Shown here one piece after another: positions 15,197-22,932 of a DNA stretch of 29,988 bases. A model generated the notes under the pieces. The model ran no database searches. It was not told the DNA's origin and worked only from the letters and a program-made list of their open reading frames with translations. The position numbers were made by a program, and so were the translations under genes. The first letter of the stretch is position 1. Each line of letters starts with the position of its first letter. Location: positions 1 to 29,988 of the forward strand of contig NZ_PQWO01000036.1 in the NCBI RefSeq assembly GCF_003231495.1. The letters run 5' to 3'. This stretch comes from Acaryochloris thomasi RCC1774 (GTDB lineage Bacteria; Cyanobacteriota; Cyanobacteriia; Thermosynechococcales; Thermosynechococcaceae).

Positions 15197-17392
15197 TCAG
15201 AGAGTCTGAGGGATCTCGTCCAACTCAAGCTCTTTCAAGGTTTGATTCACCTGCTTTAGGTCAAATGCTTTCGGATCAAACTCACTCCCGATCCATTCTT
15301 TGCGCTCCCTGTACTCAGGATGCCGGGAATTCTTCAGGACCTTCAGCAAATGAGCATACCCCCAGTCCCCACCACAGTCCTCCGGTGGACAAGCCTGCTT
15401 TCCGGCTAGACACACCGTATAGGTTTTCTTAGGAGCACTCGCTAGCCTCTTTTCCACCTCGATCTCGTGCTGCCACATATCGCCAAAGTCATATAGGTAA
15501 CTGAATGAAAACAACTCATCCCCAAACGACTCCGCTAAAGTTAGAGTCTCGTCCTCCTCCTCCTCACTGATCGAGAATTTGTGAAGATGGTAGCCTTCCC
15601 AACCCATCACAGCCTGCACCACAGAATGGAGCTGGGCCAGCGTCATGCTCTCAGGGACTTGAACCCGTCGCCAAACCTTAGGTCGGACTCCCAACAGCGT
15701 AATTTTCAATTGATAGACGCTAGACACCGCATTCAAAGGCACATCCACAGCCTTTCCCTGGTGCATATCCAAAGATTCCTCTAAAGAGGCCAACTCAAGC
15801 ATTTGCTCCAGCACATCGTACTCACAACGCACCCTACAGTCATCTAACTCCGCGATCATCTCAATCTGCCAGAATATGTCGCCAATGATTTCCGATATTT
15901 CATCCTTGTCGTGATAGGTCAGTGTTAGTAAGTACTCATTGCCTCGGGGCTTCGTCTTCTGCCCTTGAACATAGCTGAACACCTGCCGCTCAATCTCCTT
16001 GCGAACCTTCGCCTTCTTTCGCCCCTCCACCCAGAGCTTGAAGAGCACCTGAACTTCATGCTCAGCAGACGACAAGCCAGACTCCAGATCGACGAACGCT
16101 AACCCAGGAGAATTAACTTCTTCCCTCTCTTGAGACTGCATCTCTGGCGGCTGTTCTTCTCTAGCAATCTTCACCCCAAACATTTCCGGCATTCCATAGG
16201 CCAGATCGAGCATTTGCTCCAGTGCCTCAATATTTTCCTGCCACAGCTCCGCGAAAGTGATGTCTCCACTATCCAGCTCCGCTTGGCCCAGTGGCTCCTT
16301 CCCCGTTAACTTAGCTAATCCTCCCAGCAGTCTGCGCTGTTTGCGATCCAAGGACTTCGCATACACCAACTCTTTTGCCTCATCTTGTACCCGATAGAAC
16401 GCCGCCACCGCCGCCTCTTGCTCCGCTCCCAGCGTATATCTCCTAAACGATCTCTCATCAGTGTGTCCCGTCAACCGCATCGCATGGGCTGGATCCATTC
16501 CCTTCCGCAGCATCTCCGACGCCCCCGTATGCCGCAGCCGATGGGGATGAAGATCCTCAACACCTGCGATCCCTCCAATCGCCTCCACCATCTGATAGAC
16601 CCCGTGATAAGAGAGCCGCTGGCCGCCCCAGCCCCGATGTTGAGAGACAAATAAAGGTGAATCGACCTGTAACTCCTCCCCCTGCTCTCGCCGCCATAGC
16701 AGGTAGTTAGCCACCGCATCCTGACCTGCCACGTTCAACGGCACCATGCGGGGCTGCTTATTCTTCGACTCCGTAATCGTGATCACCCGCTCATTGAACG
16801 ATCCTATGTTGCAGGCCACTACCTCCCCCGCCCGCATCCCGTGGGCCAAGAGCTGCAGCAGCGCCAAATCTCTTACTTGAGTGTCCCCGCGCTGCTCCAC
16901 CGCTGCCCACACCTTCTCCATCAGCTCCTCAGGAATGTCCTGGGGCATGGGCACTGGCAATCGCTCAAATTTGACCCCTGCTGTGGGGTTCTCCGGGCAC
17001 AGTTCAGGGTGAAACGTACTCAACCACCTAAAGAAGCTTTTCAACGCCGTCAGCGCCGCATTCACGCTGCTCTTAGACAAAGCCTTTCCGGGTTTAACCT
17101 CCAGCTCCAGGAGATACCCCTTGTACTGCCCCAGATGCCTGAGCTTCAGCTCCCCCCAACTGGCGTGGGTCCAACCCAGAAAGCGTTTCAACTCGCGCTC
17201 ATAGAGCTTGAGGGAGTTTGCCGCTAGATTGCTACTACGAAGAAACTCCTGCACCACCGGCCACCGGATATCAGCAGGTGCTTCAATCTGTTGCGGCCTC
17301 CCCCGCCGTCGCTGAGACGATACTTCCTCCTCCGCCACCGGAATGGCCACCACCTTCACTGGGGGAATTGATTGTCGAGACTGTGCCTTCAT
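15197..17392 (-). CDS. tyrosine recombinase (XerC/D-like) fused to a C-terminal PRiA4_ORF3-like (PF07929-type) domain
   Basis: The N-terminal half carries the recombinase motifs HGMRAGEV, HPHRLRHTGAS and LTGHTDERSFRRYT (R..HxxR..H..Y). The C-terminal about 190 aa (VYQLKITLLGVRPKVWRRVQVP...LHSVVQAVMGWEGYHLHKF...YLYDFGDMWQHEIEVEK...CPPEDCGGDWGY) match my recollection of the plasmid pRiA4b ORF-3-like family. Confidence 0.85.
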   Translation of the reverse strand: MKAQSRQSIPPVKVVAIPVAEEEVSSQRRRGRPQQIEAPADIRWPVVQEFLRSSNLAANSLKLYERELKRFLGWTHASWGELKLRHLGQYKGYLLELEVKPGKALSKSSVNAALTALKSFFRWLSTFHPELCPENPTAGVKFERLPVPMPQDIPEELMEKVWAAVEQRGDTQVRDLALLQLLAHGMRAGEVVACNIGSFNERVITITESKNKQPRMVPLNVAGQDAVANYLLWRREQGEELQVDSPLFVSQHRGWGGQRLSYHGVYQMVEAIGGIAGVEDLHPHRLRHTGASEMLRKGMDPAHAMRLTGHTDERSFRRYTLGAEQEAAVAAFYRVQDEAKELVYAKSLDRKQRRLLGGLAKLTGKEPLGQAELDSGDITFAELWQENIEALEQMLDLAYGMPEMFGVKIAREEQPPEMQSQEREEVNSPGLAFVDLESGLSSAEHEVQVLFKLWVEGRKKAKVRKEIERQVFSYVQGQKTKPRGNEYLLTLTYHDKDEISEIIGDIFWQIEMIAELDDCRVRCEYDVLEQMLELASLEESLDMHQGKAVDVPLNAVSSVYQLKITLLGVRPKVWRRVQVPESMTLAQLHSVVQAVMGWEGYHLHKFSISEEEEDETLTLAESFGDELFSFSYLYDFGDMWQHEIEVEKRLASAPKKTYTVCLAGKQACPPEDCGGDWGYAHLLKVLKNSRHPEYRERKEWIGSEFDPKAFDLKQVNQTLKELELDEIPQTL

Positions 17393-17436
17393 CTTTCTCT
17401 AGCCATTGAAACCAATGCTGTACAAACCAACGCGCA

Positions 17437-17772
17437 TTAAAACAGAATCGGCTTAATGCGACGCAACACATCCTGAAACAATAAATCAGGACACTCACAA
17501 ATAAACTGCGCCTTTCTGGCCCGGAAATCAAGCGATCGCAACTGGTCCACCATGATCACCCCTGTCACAGCCTCCCCCTCTGGGATAGCTACATAAAACG
17601 GATTTTGACGCTGGGTGTTACTGACCGGACAGACATAGGCAAACCCCATTTTCTGATTAAAGCCATCGTGGCTGATCACCAGAGCCGGACGTTTCCCCAT
17701 TTGCTCATGCCCAGCCTGGGGATCAAAACTCAACCAGATGAAATCTTTTCGCTTTGGAAGATACACTACCAA
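17437..17772 (-). CDS. mazF: MazF/PemK-family toxin endoribonuclease
   Basis: The motif run KRKDFIWLSFDPQAGHEQMGKRPALVIS...VCPVSN...MVDQLRSLDF is classic PemK/MazF. The start is non-ATG (TTG at 17772 or GTG at 17766) and overlaps the mazE stop. Confidence 0.85.
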   Translation of the reverse strand: MVVYLPKRKDFIWLSFDPQAGHEQMGKRPALVISHDGFNQKMGFAYVCPVSNTQRQNPFYVAIPEGEAVTGVIMVDQLRSLDFRARKAQFICECPDLLFQDVLRRIKPILF

Positions 17773-18023
17773 ACCTCATTCCCTTGGGGATGCCCCCAAT
17801 CCACCTCCGACTCAGGTGCCTCTGAGACCTGGGCCAACAACTCATCTAAACTTAGCTCCGGCAACGCTTGAAGCGGCTCTAAAACCAACCGCCCCTCTTC
17901 CACCGTCAACTCCAGCGCATCATTAGCCTGCAGGTGGAGAGCCTCCACCGCATATTTCGGAATCCGCACCGCAAGGGAATTACCCCACTGTCCCACCTGT
18001 GACTTCATCTCAAACCAACCCAT
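17766..18023 (-). CDS. mazE: MazE/AbrB (SpoVT)-family antitoxin
   Basis: The WGNSLAVRIPKYAVEALHL swapped-hairpin motif is present, and the gene lies upstream of and overlapping mazF. An ATG at 18008 (MKSQVGQWGNS) is a plausible true start. Confidence 0.8.
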   Translation of the reverse strand: MGWFEMKSQVGQWGNSLAVRIPKYAVEALHLQANDALELTVEEGRLVLEPLQALPELSLDELLAQVSEAPESEVDWGHPQGNEVW

Positions 18024-18174
18024 AACTCAACACTGACTAGGATACACATAGTATATCACTCTATAAATATAAAATATAGGGCTAATATCTTGGCTATGAC
18101 TAAACTATGACAAATAAGCATGGTAGGATACTATGGACATCTCAATGTCGCTGACACCATAACTTTGCCGCTGC

Positions 18175-18429
18175 GGCAACATTATGCTTTCAAACTCTGG
18201 ATTAGAGGGTCGTAATTCTGAAGACGTGAGATCTCACTACGAGAAATTAGGGGTTCTAGCGATTTTGAACTCAGACTTTCGGCAAGCTTTTGCTTTCAAA
18301 TCAGACTTCTGGCAACATTATGCTTTCCTTGAAATGCTTCCATCAGTAGTTTCTCGACGGAGGAATGAAGCTTTCAGCCTTCAAGCGGCAAGGTTATGCT
18401 TTCAATTTCTGAAAGGTTATGCTTTCAAC
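18175..18429 (+). repeat. five direct copies of an about 20-bp motif, GGCAAsnTTATGCTTTCAA (iteron-like)
   Basis: Copies lie at 18175-18194, 18281-18300, 18311-18330, 18387-18406 and 18411-18429. Copies 2 and 3 are embedded in a longer 30-bp tandem (TCAGACTTyCkGGCAAs...). All lie in the mazE-hicA divergent intergenic region. Confidence 0.6.
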
Positions 18430-18460
18430 GACACTCAAACCAATGCGGTGAGAGGATCGG

Positions 18461-18676
18461 ATGCCGAAGAAGATTCGAGAGATCAAGGCTATGCTCAAAG
18501 AGGCTGGGTTTCTGGTTCGCTCAGGCAAAGGGTCACATAGCAACTGGAAGCACCCCCTGCTCCCGGATGTGATCACGGTGGCCCGCAAGGATGGTGCGGA
18601 TGCGCCGCGCTATCTGGAACGAAAGGTGCTCAAGGCTCTGCAGCAGTTGGAGGACTTACCCCATGACTCAAACTAA
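18461..18676 (+). CDS. hicA: HicA-family toxin (mRNA interferase)
   Basis: KIREIKAMLKEAGFLVRSGKGSHSNWKHP is the YcfA/HicA signature, including the catalytic GSH. Confidence 0.85.
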   Translation: MPKKIREIKAMLKEAGFLVRSGKGSHSNWKHPLLPDVITVARKDGADAPRYLERKVLKALQQLEDLPHDSN

Positions 18677-18884
18677 GTATCGGATGGTCATTGAATGGTC
18701 CGATGAGGATGCTTGCTTTGTGGTGTCGCTGCCGGACTTTGAACGGGTGACGCAGCCGGTGACGGATGGGGCCACCTATGAGGAAGCGGCTCGACAAGGG
18801 CAAGAAGCGATTGAGTCGTTGATGGATTTTTATGTTGAAGAGGGGTGGGTGCTGCCTGTCCCTCAGACGTTGCAAGCAGCTTAA
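18663..18884 (+). CDS. hicB: HicB-family antitoxin, N-terminal HicB fold only
   Basis: The product is YRMVIEWSDEDACFVVSLPDFERVTQPVTDGATYEEAARQGQEAIESLMDFYVEEG. The ATG at 18663 overlaps hicA by 14 nt. At 73 aa it has no obvious C-terminal DNA-binding domain. Confidence 0.8.
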   Translation: MTQTKYRMVIEWSDEDACFVVSLPDFERVTQPVTDGATYEEAARQGQEAIESLMDFYVEEGWVLPVPQTLQAA

Positions 18885-18888
18885 AGAA

Positions 18889-19377
18889 ATGGCGAGGGCC
18901 ATCTCAGAAAAGTGTCGTCGTTGCGCCAAGCTCTCTGCTGCTGAAGCAAAGGAAAAGGAGTGTTGGGTGGGGCAGCCGTGCCATGTCCGTCGCCACGGGT
19001 ACCGGAATCGCGATCGCTACAACAAGCAGAAGAAACAGAAGTATGCGATCGCAACCGGCAAGATAGTTCCAGAGATTACAGTGGCTGTACCTCAGAACCC
19101 TGCGGCCATCCTGCATCTCTATCGAGAGCGGAAGGATGCACCGCTCCATGCGATCGCCGCTGAGCTATGGGTGGGTGGGAAGCAAGTTGCCAAAGTTGAG
19201 CCTGTACATTGTCTCGGATGGACGGGTTCTCAGGCGAAGCAGTATTCCAAGAACATACTTCAGAGCTTTTCGGCTCAGCTTGAAGATTGCCTGCTGGAGC
19301 GGTTTGAGTCTCAAGTGGAACTGAATCCGAGTCAGTGCCCCATCCGTCCTTGTCCCTTGCATCCGGGGATGGGCTGA
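18889..19377 (+). CDS. Cys-rich basic hypothetical protein (162 aa)
   Basis: The ATG lies 4 nt after the hicB stop. It carries CRRC...C...C and CPIRPC motifs and a basic stretch, RRHGYRNRDRYNKQKKQK. I recognise no family. Confidence 0.6.
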   Translation: MARAISEKCRRCAKLSAAEAKEKECWVGQPCHVRRHGYRNRDRYNKQKKQKYAIATGKIVPEITVAVPQNPAAILHLYRERKDAPLHAIAAELWVGGKQVAKVEPVHCLGWTGSQAKQYSKNILQSFSAQLEDCLLERFESQVELNPSQCPIRPCPLHPGMG

Positions 19378-20033
19378 TGGCTATTGTGCAGCTTGAGTTA
19401 AACCTTTGGGAGCAGCTTGCGGTTGCGGAAGAGAATCCCGAGCAAACGGATGTTGAGCAGTTGTGCCTGGGTTTGGATCTGATGCTGACTCAGGTATCGG
19501 AACGGCAGCAGTTAGCGACGGCGGGTGAAGCGTTTCTTCAGATTGCCGAGGTATTTAGTCGGCGGGCAGATTTACTGCTGGGGGACTGGCGGCAGGCTCA
19601 TAGTGAAGAGGGACCAGTCTTAGACCTCGATGCGCTAGAGGGACTGGTGCGGCAGTCGATGTCGTTTGATTTGGATGATTTGATCGCGGAATCGGAGCCG
19701 GTGACACGCCGGACGTTTCCCAAGGATGAAGTGGAATCTCGCGTTGCGATCGTGGAAAAGGAGGTTCTGCTGCAGGAGCTGGATCTGCAGGAGGCTGAGG
19801 ATGTTTTTTCGGTGGTGGAAGAAGAGGATGTAAAGGCGTGGGTGGATGCGATCTCAATCGCTCTGGGGTCAGGGAGCAAGCGGGTGTCATTATCTGACTT
19901 GTGGGTCAAGCTGGGGTTGTCGGCAGGAAGAGTCTGGTTGGCTTTGTTATTAGGGGGCTTCCGTTTAGAGGTCGAGGGTGATTTCTATATGACTCCGCAG
20001 CAGCAGCTCAACCTGAGTGTGGGGGAAGTATGA
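19377..20033 (+). CDS. acidic hypothetical protein (218 aa)
   Basis: Its ATG overlaps the upstream TGA by 1 nt (TGATG). It is highly acidic, and its C-terminal segment is LSDLWVKLGLSAGRVWLALLLGGFRLEVEGDFY. Confidence 0.6.
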   Translation: MAIVQLELNLWEQLAVAEENPEQTDVEQLCLGLDLMLTQVSERQQLATAGEAFLQIAEVFSRRADLLLGDWRQAHSEEGPVLDLDALEGLVRQSMSFDLDDLIAESEPVTRRTFPKDEVESRVAIVEKEVLLQELDLQEAEDVFSVVEEEDVKAWVDAISIALGSGSKRVSLSDLWVKLGLSAGRVWLALLLGGFRLEVEGDFYMTPQQQLNLSVGEV

Positions 20034-20467
20034 AATGTAAGCAACCTCTCGCTGTTATCACGGTTCATCGCCCTTGGGGATATGCGATCGCGCATCTGGG
20101 CAAGGATATTGAGAACCGGAGCTGGTGCCCTCGGATTCCGGTTGGAAGTTTTCTCGCCATTCACAACGGTATGAAATGGGATGCCGATGGGGAATGGTTG
20201 CTACGGCAAAACTATGGCGAGAAGCTTCCCGATCGCAACAGTGACCCCGCTGGTGCCATTGTTGCGATCTCTCAGTTTGACGGTTGCGTAAGGGAGGGCG
20301 AGTCACCTTGGTTCGCTGGGCCAGTGGGTTGGAAGTTGAAGGATGTGGTTGCGATCGAGCCAGTGTATTGCAGAGGCCAGCAGGGGCTGTGGTTTCCAAG
20401 CGCTAAAGACTTAAATACTTTGAGGGAAAATTATCGTCAGTCTAAGACAAGCTTGGCGAAAGTCTGA
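20030..20467 (+). CDS. ASCH-domain (PUA-like fold) protein
   Basis: Its start overlaps the upstream stop (ATGA). The segment VHRPWGYAIAHLGKDIENRSW...FLAIHNG fits the ASCH N-terminal pattern (xPWaxxIxxGxKxxENRxW...IH). Confidence 0.7.
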   Translation: MKCKQPLAVITVHRPWGYAIAHLGKDIENRSWCPRIPVGSFLAIHNGMKWDADGEWLLRQNYGEKLPDRNSDPAGAIVAISQFDGCVREGESPWFAGPVGWKLKDVVAIEPVYCRGQQGLWFPSAKDLNTLRENYRQSKTSLAKV

Positions 20468-20528
20468 GGATGCGATGCTCCGACCGCCCTTCGGCCATCG
20501 CACAGCAGCTCGATAGGGCTGCGGGAAG

Positions 20529-20690
20529 ATGAATCTGCAGAAGCTTAAGAAAGTGCTGAAGCTCTCCTATGGCAGACTGTGGCTAGGACTATTGCTCGGG
20601 GGCTTTGTGCTGGAGTCGAGTTGCGATCGCTTCTATGGGGGGAGGGTTATGGTTGGACTGGGTGGTTGCGATCTCATCTCCAACACCTAG
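20529..20690 (+). CDS. 53-aa ORF paralogous to the C-terminus of the 19377-20033 product; possible gene fragment
   Basis: Hand translation gives MNLQKLKKVLKLSYGRLWLGLLLGGFVLESSCDRFYGGRVMVGLGGCDLISNT. The RLWLGLLLGGFVLE..FYG segment parallels RVWLALLLGGFRLEVEGDFY. The ORF contains or abuts two HIP1 sites. Confidence 0.25.
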   Translation: MNLQKLKKVLKLSYGRLWLGLLLGGFVLESSCDRFYGGRVMVGLGGCDLISNT

Positions 20691-20952
20691 CGATCGCGAA
20701 CTCTCTGGGTGGAGAGTGCGATTCTGCGAAAGTCTTTAATGAAATTTTCTACTGAGGAACTGAAATTCGCACATAAATCTAGTTGGCGTTCAAAAGGTTT
20801 GGGTAAATGGCGAAGTTCTGCCTCTTGCTACTAACCCTTAACCCAGACCTTTTGAACGCTAACCTGGAATTTGATCGAAGTGGCTTCATCGAAAACCTTG
20901 ACGAAGGCGATCCGGAACTGGTGTACTTCAAACGATTACGCGATAATGCCAC

Positions 20953-21026
20953 ATAACAACGCGTTGAACCGGAGCGGCGATTCACGCGGCTTTTGAGATC
21001 AACGTCAACCGTTGGCCCGGTTAACG
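20953..21026 (+). repeat. REP-like structured element, copy A
   Basis: The leader ATAACAACGCGTTGAACCGGA matches copy B at 18 of 21 positions. An outer stem AACCGG (20967-20972) ... CCGGTT (21017-21022) encloses about 44 nt. Confidence 0.35.
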
Positions 21027-21102
21027 CAATCGTTAAACAGCTTCAGTTATCGGTGAGGGCAGTTCTTGGAGGATACTGGTGGGGTACTCACCAACTCCTG
21101 CT

Positions 21103-22035
21103 CTAAAGATGAGTACAAAGCTCAACAATTAGAGATCGCAACCATTCATGAGCCGTATCGCGTTGTTTGCGGTCGTGCCACATCATGCGGACATGAATCG
21201 GATCATGATCCAGCGGTAATTCTGTCAGATGCAGTGCCTTAGCAAAATGACTATGCTGCACACTGCGGTAATTGATTGCTGCAATTAAATCTGAGTTTGC
21301 CAAGATTGCTGGAGCCAGGGAAAATTGGTTCACCGTCAGCATAATGCGGCGTTGCAGTCCTTTTTCGCGGAGGATGCGATCGATAAACCCCGTGGCTTCT
21401 CCAGTGAGAGTGATTAGCAGATGATCGGCTCGCACAAATTGGTCTAGGGTTAACTTGCGTTTGGTGAGGGGATGTTGCTTTCGCATGGCACAAACGTAAT
21501 GGTCTGTGAATAATGTTTGGCTTTGCAGTCTGGGTTTTGAAGCAAACAAAGCTCCCATCGCTAAATCGATTTCGCTTTGCTCTAACAAGGCAGGTGCATC
21601 AATATTCATGCTGGGAACGAAGCGCAGATTGATGCCGGGTGCCTCTTGGGATAATTGCTGCACCAATGGCAGCGCGAAGAGGCTTGCCATGTAGTCATTG
21701 AGGGCGATTGTAAACGTGAGCGTAGAAGTAGCTGGATCGAAGAGAGTTGGCTGAGTCACCTGGCGAATATCTGCCAGACCGTTGCGAATCGGAGTCCAAA
21801 TGGCGATCGCCTTTGGCGTGGGCTTAACACCGCTCGGCACTTTGATAAACAAATCGTCTTTAAAGGCTCGACGCAGCCGATTCAGGGCTTTGCTCACCGC
21901 AGGCTGAGTTGTGGAAAGCTTCTCTGCTGCCCTAGTCACATTCAGTTCTGCCATCACCGCATCGAAGACCACCAGCAGATTGAGGTCGATTTCTATTTTG
22001 AGCGGCGGGTTCATTGCGTCATGCTTTTTAGTCAT
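21103..22035 (-). CDS. LysR-family transcriptional regulator
   Basis: The N-terminal wHTH is DLNLLVVFDAVMAELNVTRAAEKLSTTQPAVSKALNRLR, followed by a LysR substrate-binding-like C-terminal part. It is divergent from the SDR gene. The start is uncertain (22053, 22035 or 22014). Confidence 0.85.
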   Translation of the reverse strand: MTKKHDAMNPPLKIEIDLNLLVVFDAVMAELNVTRAAEKLSTTQPAVSKALNRLRRAFKDDLFIKVPSGVKPTPKAIAIWTPIRNGLADIRQVTQPTLFDPATSTLTFTIALNDYMASLFALPLVQQLSQEAPGINLRFVPSMNIDAPALLEQSEIDLAMGALFASKPRLQSQTLFTDHYVCAMRKQHPLTKRKLTLDQFVRADHLLITLTGEATGFIDRILREKGLQRRIMLTVNQFSLAPAILANSDLIAAINYRSVQHSHFAKALHLTELPLDHDPIHVRMMWHDRKQRDTAHEWLRSLIVELCTHL

Positions 22036-22055
22036 AACGTTTATATTAATCATTC

Positions 22056-22070
22056 ATTAGACAGCATAAT
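22056..22070. promoter_or_regulatory. candidate LysR box (T-N11-A within ATTA-N7-TAAT)
   Basis: ATTAGACAGCATAAT lies in the LysR/SDR divergent intergenic region. The call rests on one motif instance. Confidence 0.3.
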
Positions 22071-22157
22071 AGATTCCCCTTACTGTGGAGACATGGGGAA
22101 ATAAAACAACAAGTAACGCCCCAGCCACAAGCATTTCAGGCAACTTAGGAGATTATT

Positions 22158-22883
22158 ATGTCACTTCAAGGGCAAAATATTGTGATTGTCGGCGGTAGTA
22201 GTGGGATCGGGTTTGAAACGGCACGTTTGGCACTTCAGCAAGGCGCAAATGTGACAATCGCCGGACGGTCTGAAGAAAAGCTAGAAAAAGCGAAGTTTCA
22301 TCTGATTGGGAATGTGTGGACTGTAGTGGCTGATGTGACAGACGAGACATCAGTGAACCAGATTTTTGAGAGACTCGATCAGATCGATCACGTTTTCATT
22401 CCGGCAGGTGGATTGAGCATGGGCAAGATTCTCGATACTGACCCGGATGAGTTTCGTCAAGGATTGGAAGAGCGGATTTTTGGCGCTCTTTATGTGGTGA
22501 GGGCAGCGGTTCCTAAAATGCCGAAGCATGGTTCGATTACGCTGATTTCTGGAGTCCGTGCCGATCGCCCCATTCCAGGTACAACGATGACCACTGTAGG
22601 CGTTGCAGCAGCAGAAGCCCTGACGCGTAGTTTGGCTTTGGAACTGGCTCCCATTCGAGTTAATGCCGTGGCTCCAGGCTGGACAGATACACCGCTGGTC
22701 AGCAATGTGTTGGGCGATAACTACGACGCAGTGATTCGTTCCGTTTCTGAAAAAATTCCAGTCAAACGCATTGGTAAATCTGAAGAAGTAGCAGAGGCGG
22801 TCATCATGCTAATGAATAACGGCTTCATCAACGGCGAAGTTCTCCACATTGATGGCGGCGAACGCCATGTTTCTGCGGCGTAA
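22158..22883 (+). CDS. short-chain dehydrogenase/reductase (SDR) family oxidoreductase
   Basis: The Rossmann motif is IVIVGGSSGIGFETA, and the rest reads ...ELAPIRVNAVAPGWTDTPL...NGEVLHIDGG. AGGAG lies upstream of the ATG. Confidence 0.9.
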   Translation: MSLQGQNIVIVGGSSGIGFETARLALQQGANVTIAGRSEEKLEKAKFHLIGNVWTVVADVTDETSVNQIFERLDQIDHVFIPAGGLSMGKILDTDPDEFRQGLEERIFGALYVVRAAVPKMPKHGSITLISGVRADRPIPGTTMTTVGVAAAEALTRSLALELAPIRVNAVAPGWTDTPLVSNVLGDNYDAVIRSVSEKIPVKRIGKSEEVAEAVIMLMNNGFINGEVLHIDGGERHVSAA

Positions 22884-22932
22884 GCATTGATGTCATTACA
22901 AAACTAATCTCAAAGATACCTTGGAGAAATCT

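Noticed and set aside
18175-18429. Possible CRISPR array or minisatellite.
   Set aside because: There are only five imperfect about 20-bp repeats, with irregular spacing of 106, 30, 76 and 24 bp start to start. The repeats have no palindromic core and no cas genes are present, so this is not CRISPR-like.
18184-18540. A 118-aa ORF covering the repeat cluster and running into hicA.
   Set aside because: Its apparent internal repeats (YAF...) simply translate the about 20-bp DNA repeats. It overlaps the well-supported hicA start in another frame and has no recognisable motif, so I treat the region as non-coding.
20779-20985. A 68-aa minus-strand ORF, and the antisense 49-aa plus-strand ORF at 20807-20956 (MAKFCLLLLTLNPDLL...).
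   Set aside because: Neither has a recognisable family or a ribosome-binding site. The plus-strand ORF ends in the REP-like element, which suggests a fortuitous or truncated frame. It is mentioned only as context for the repeat.
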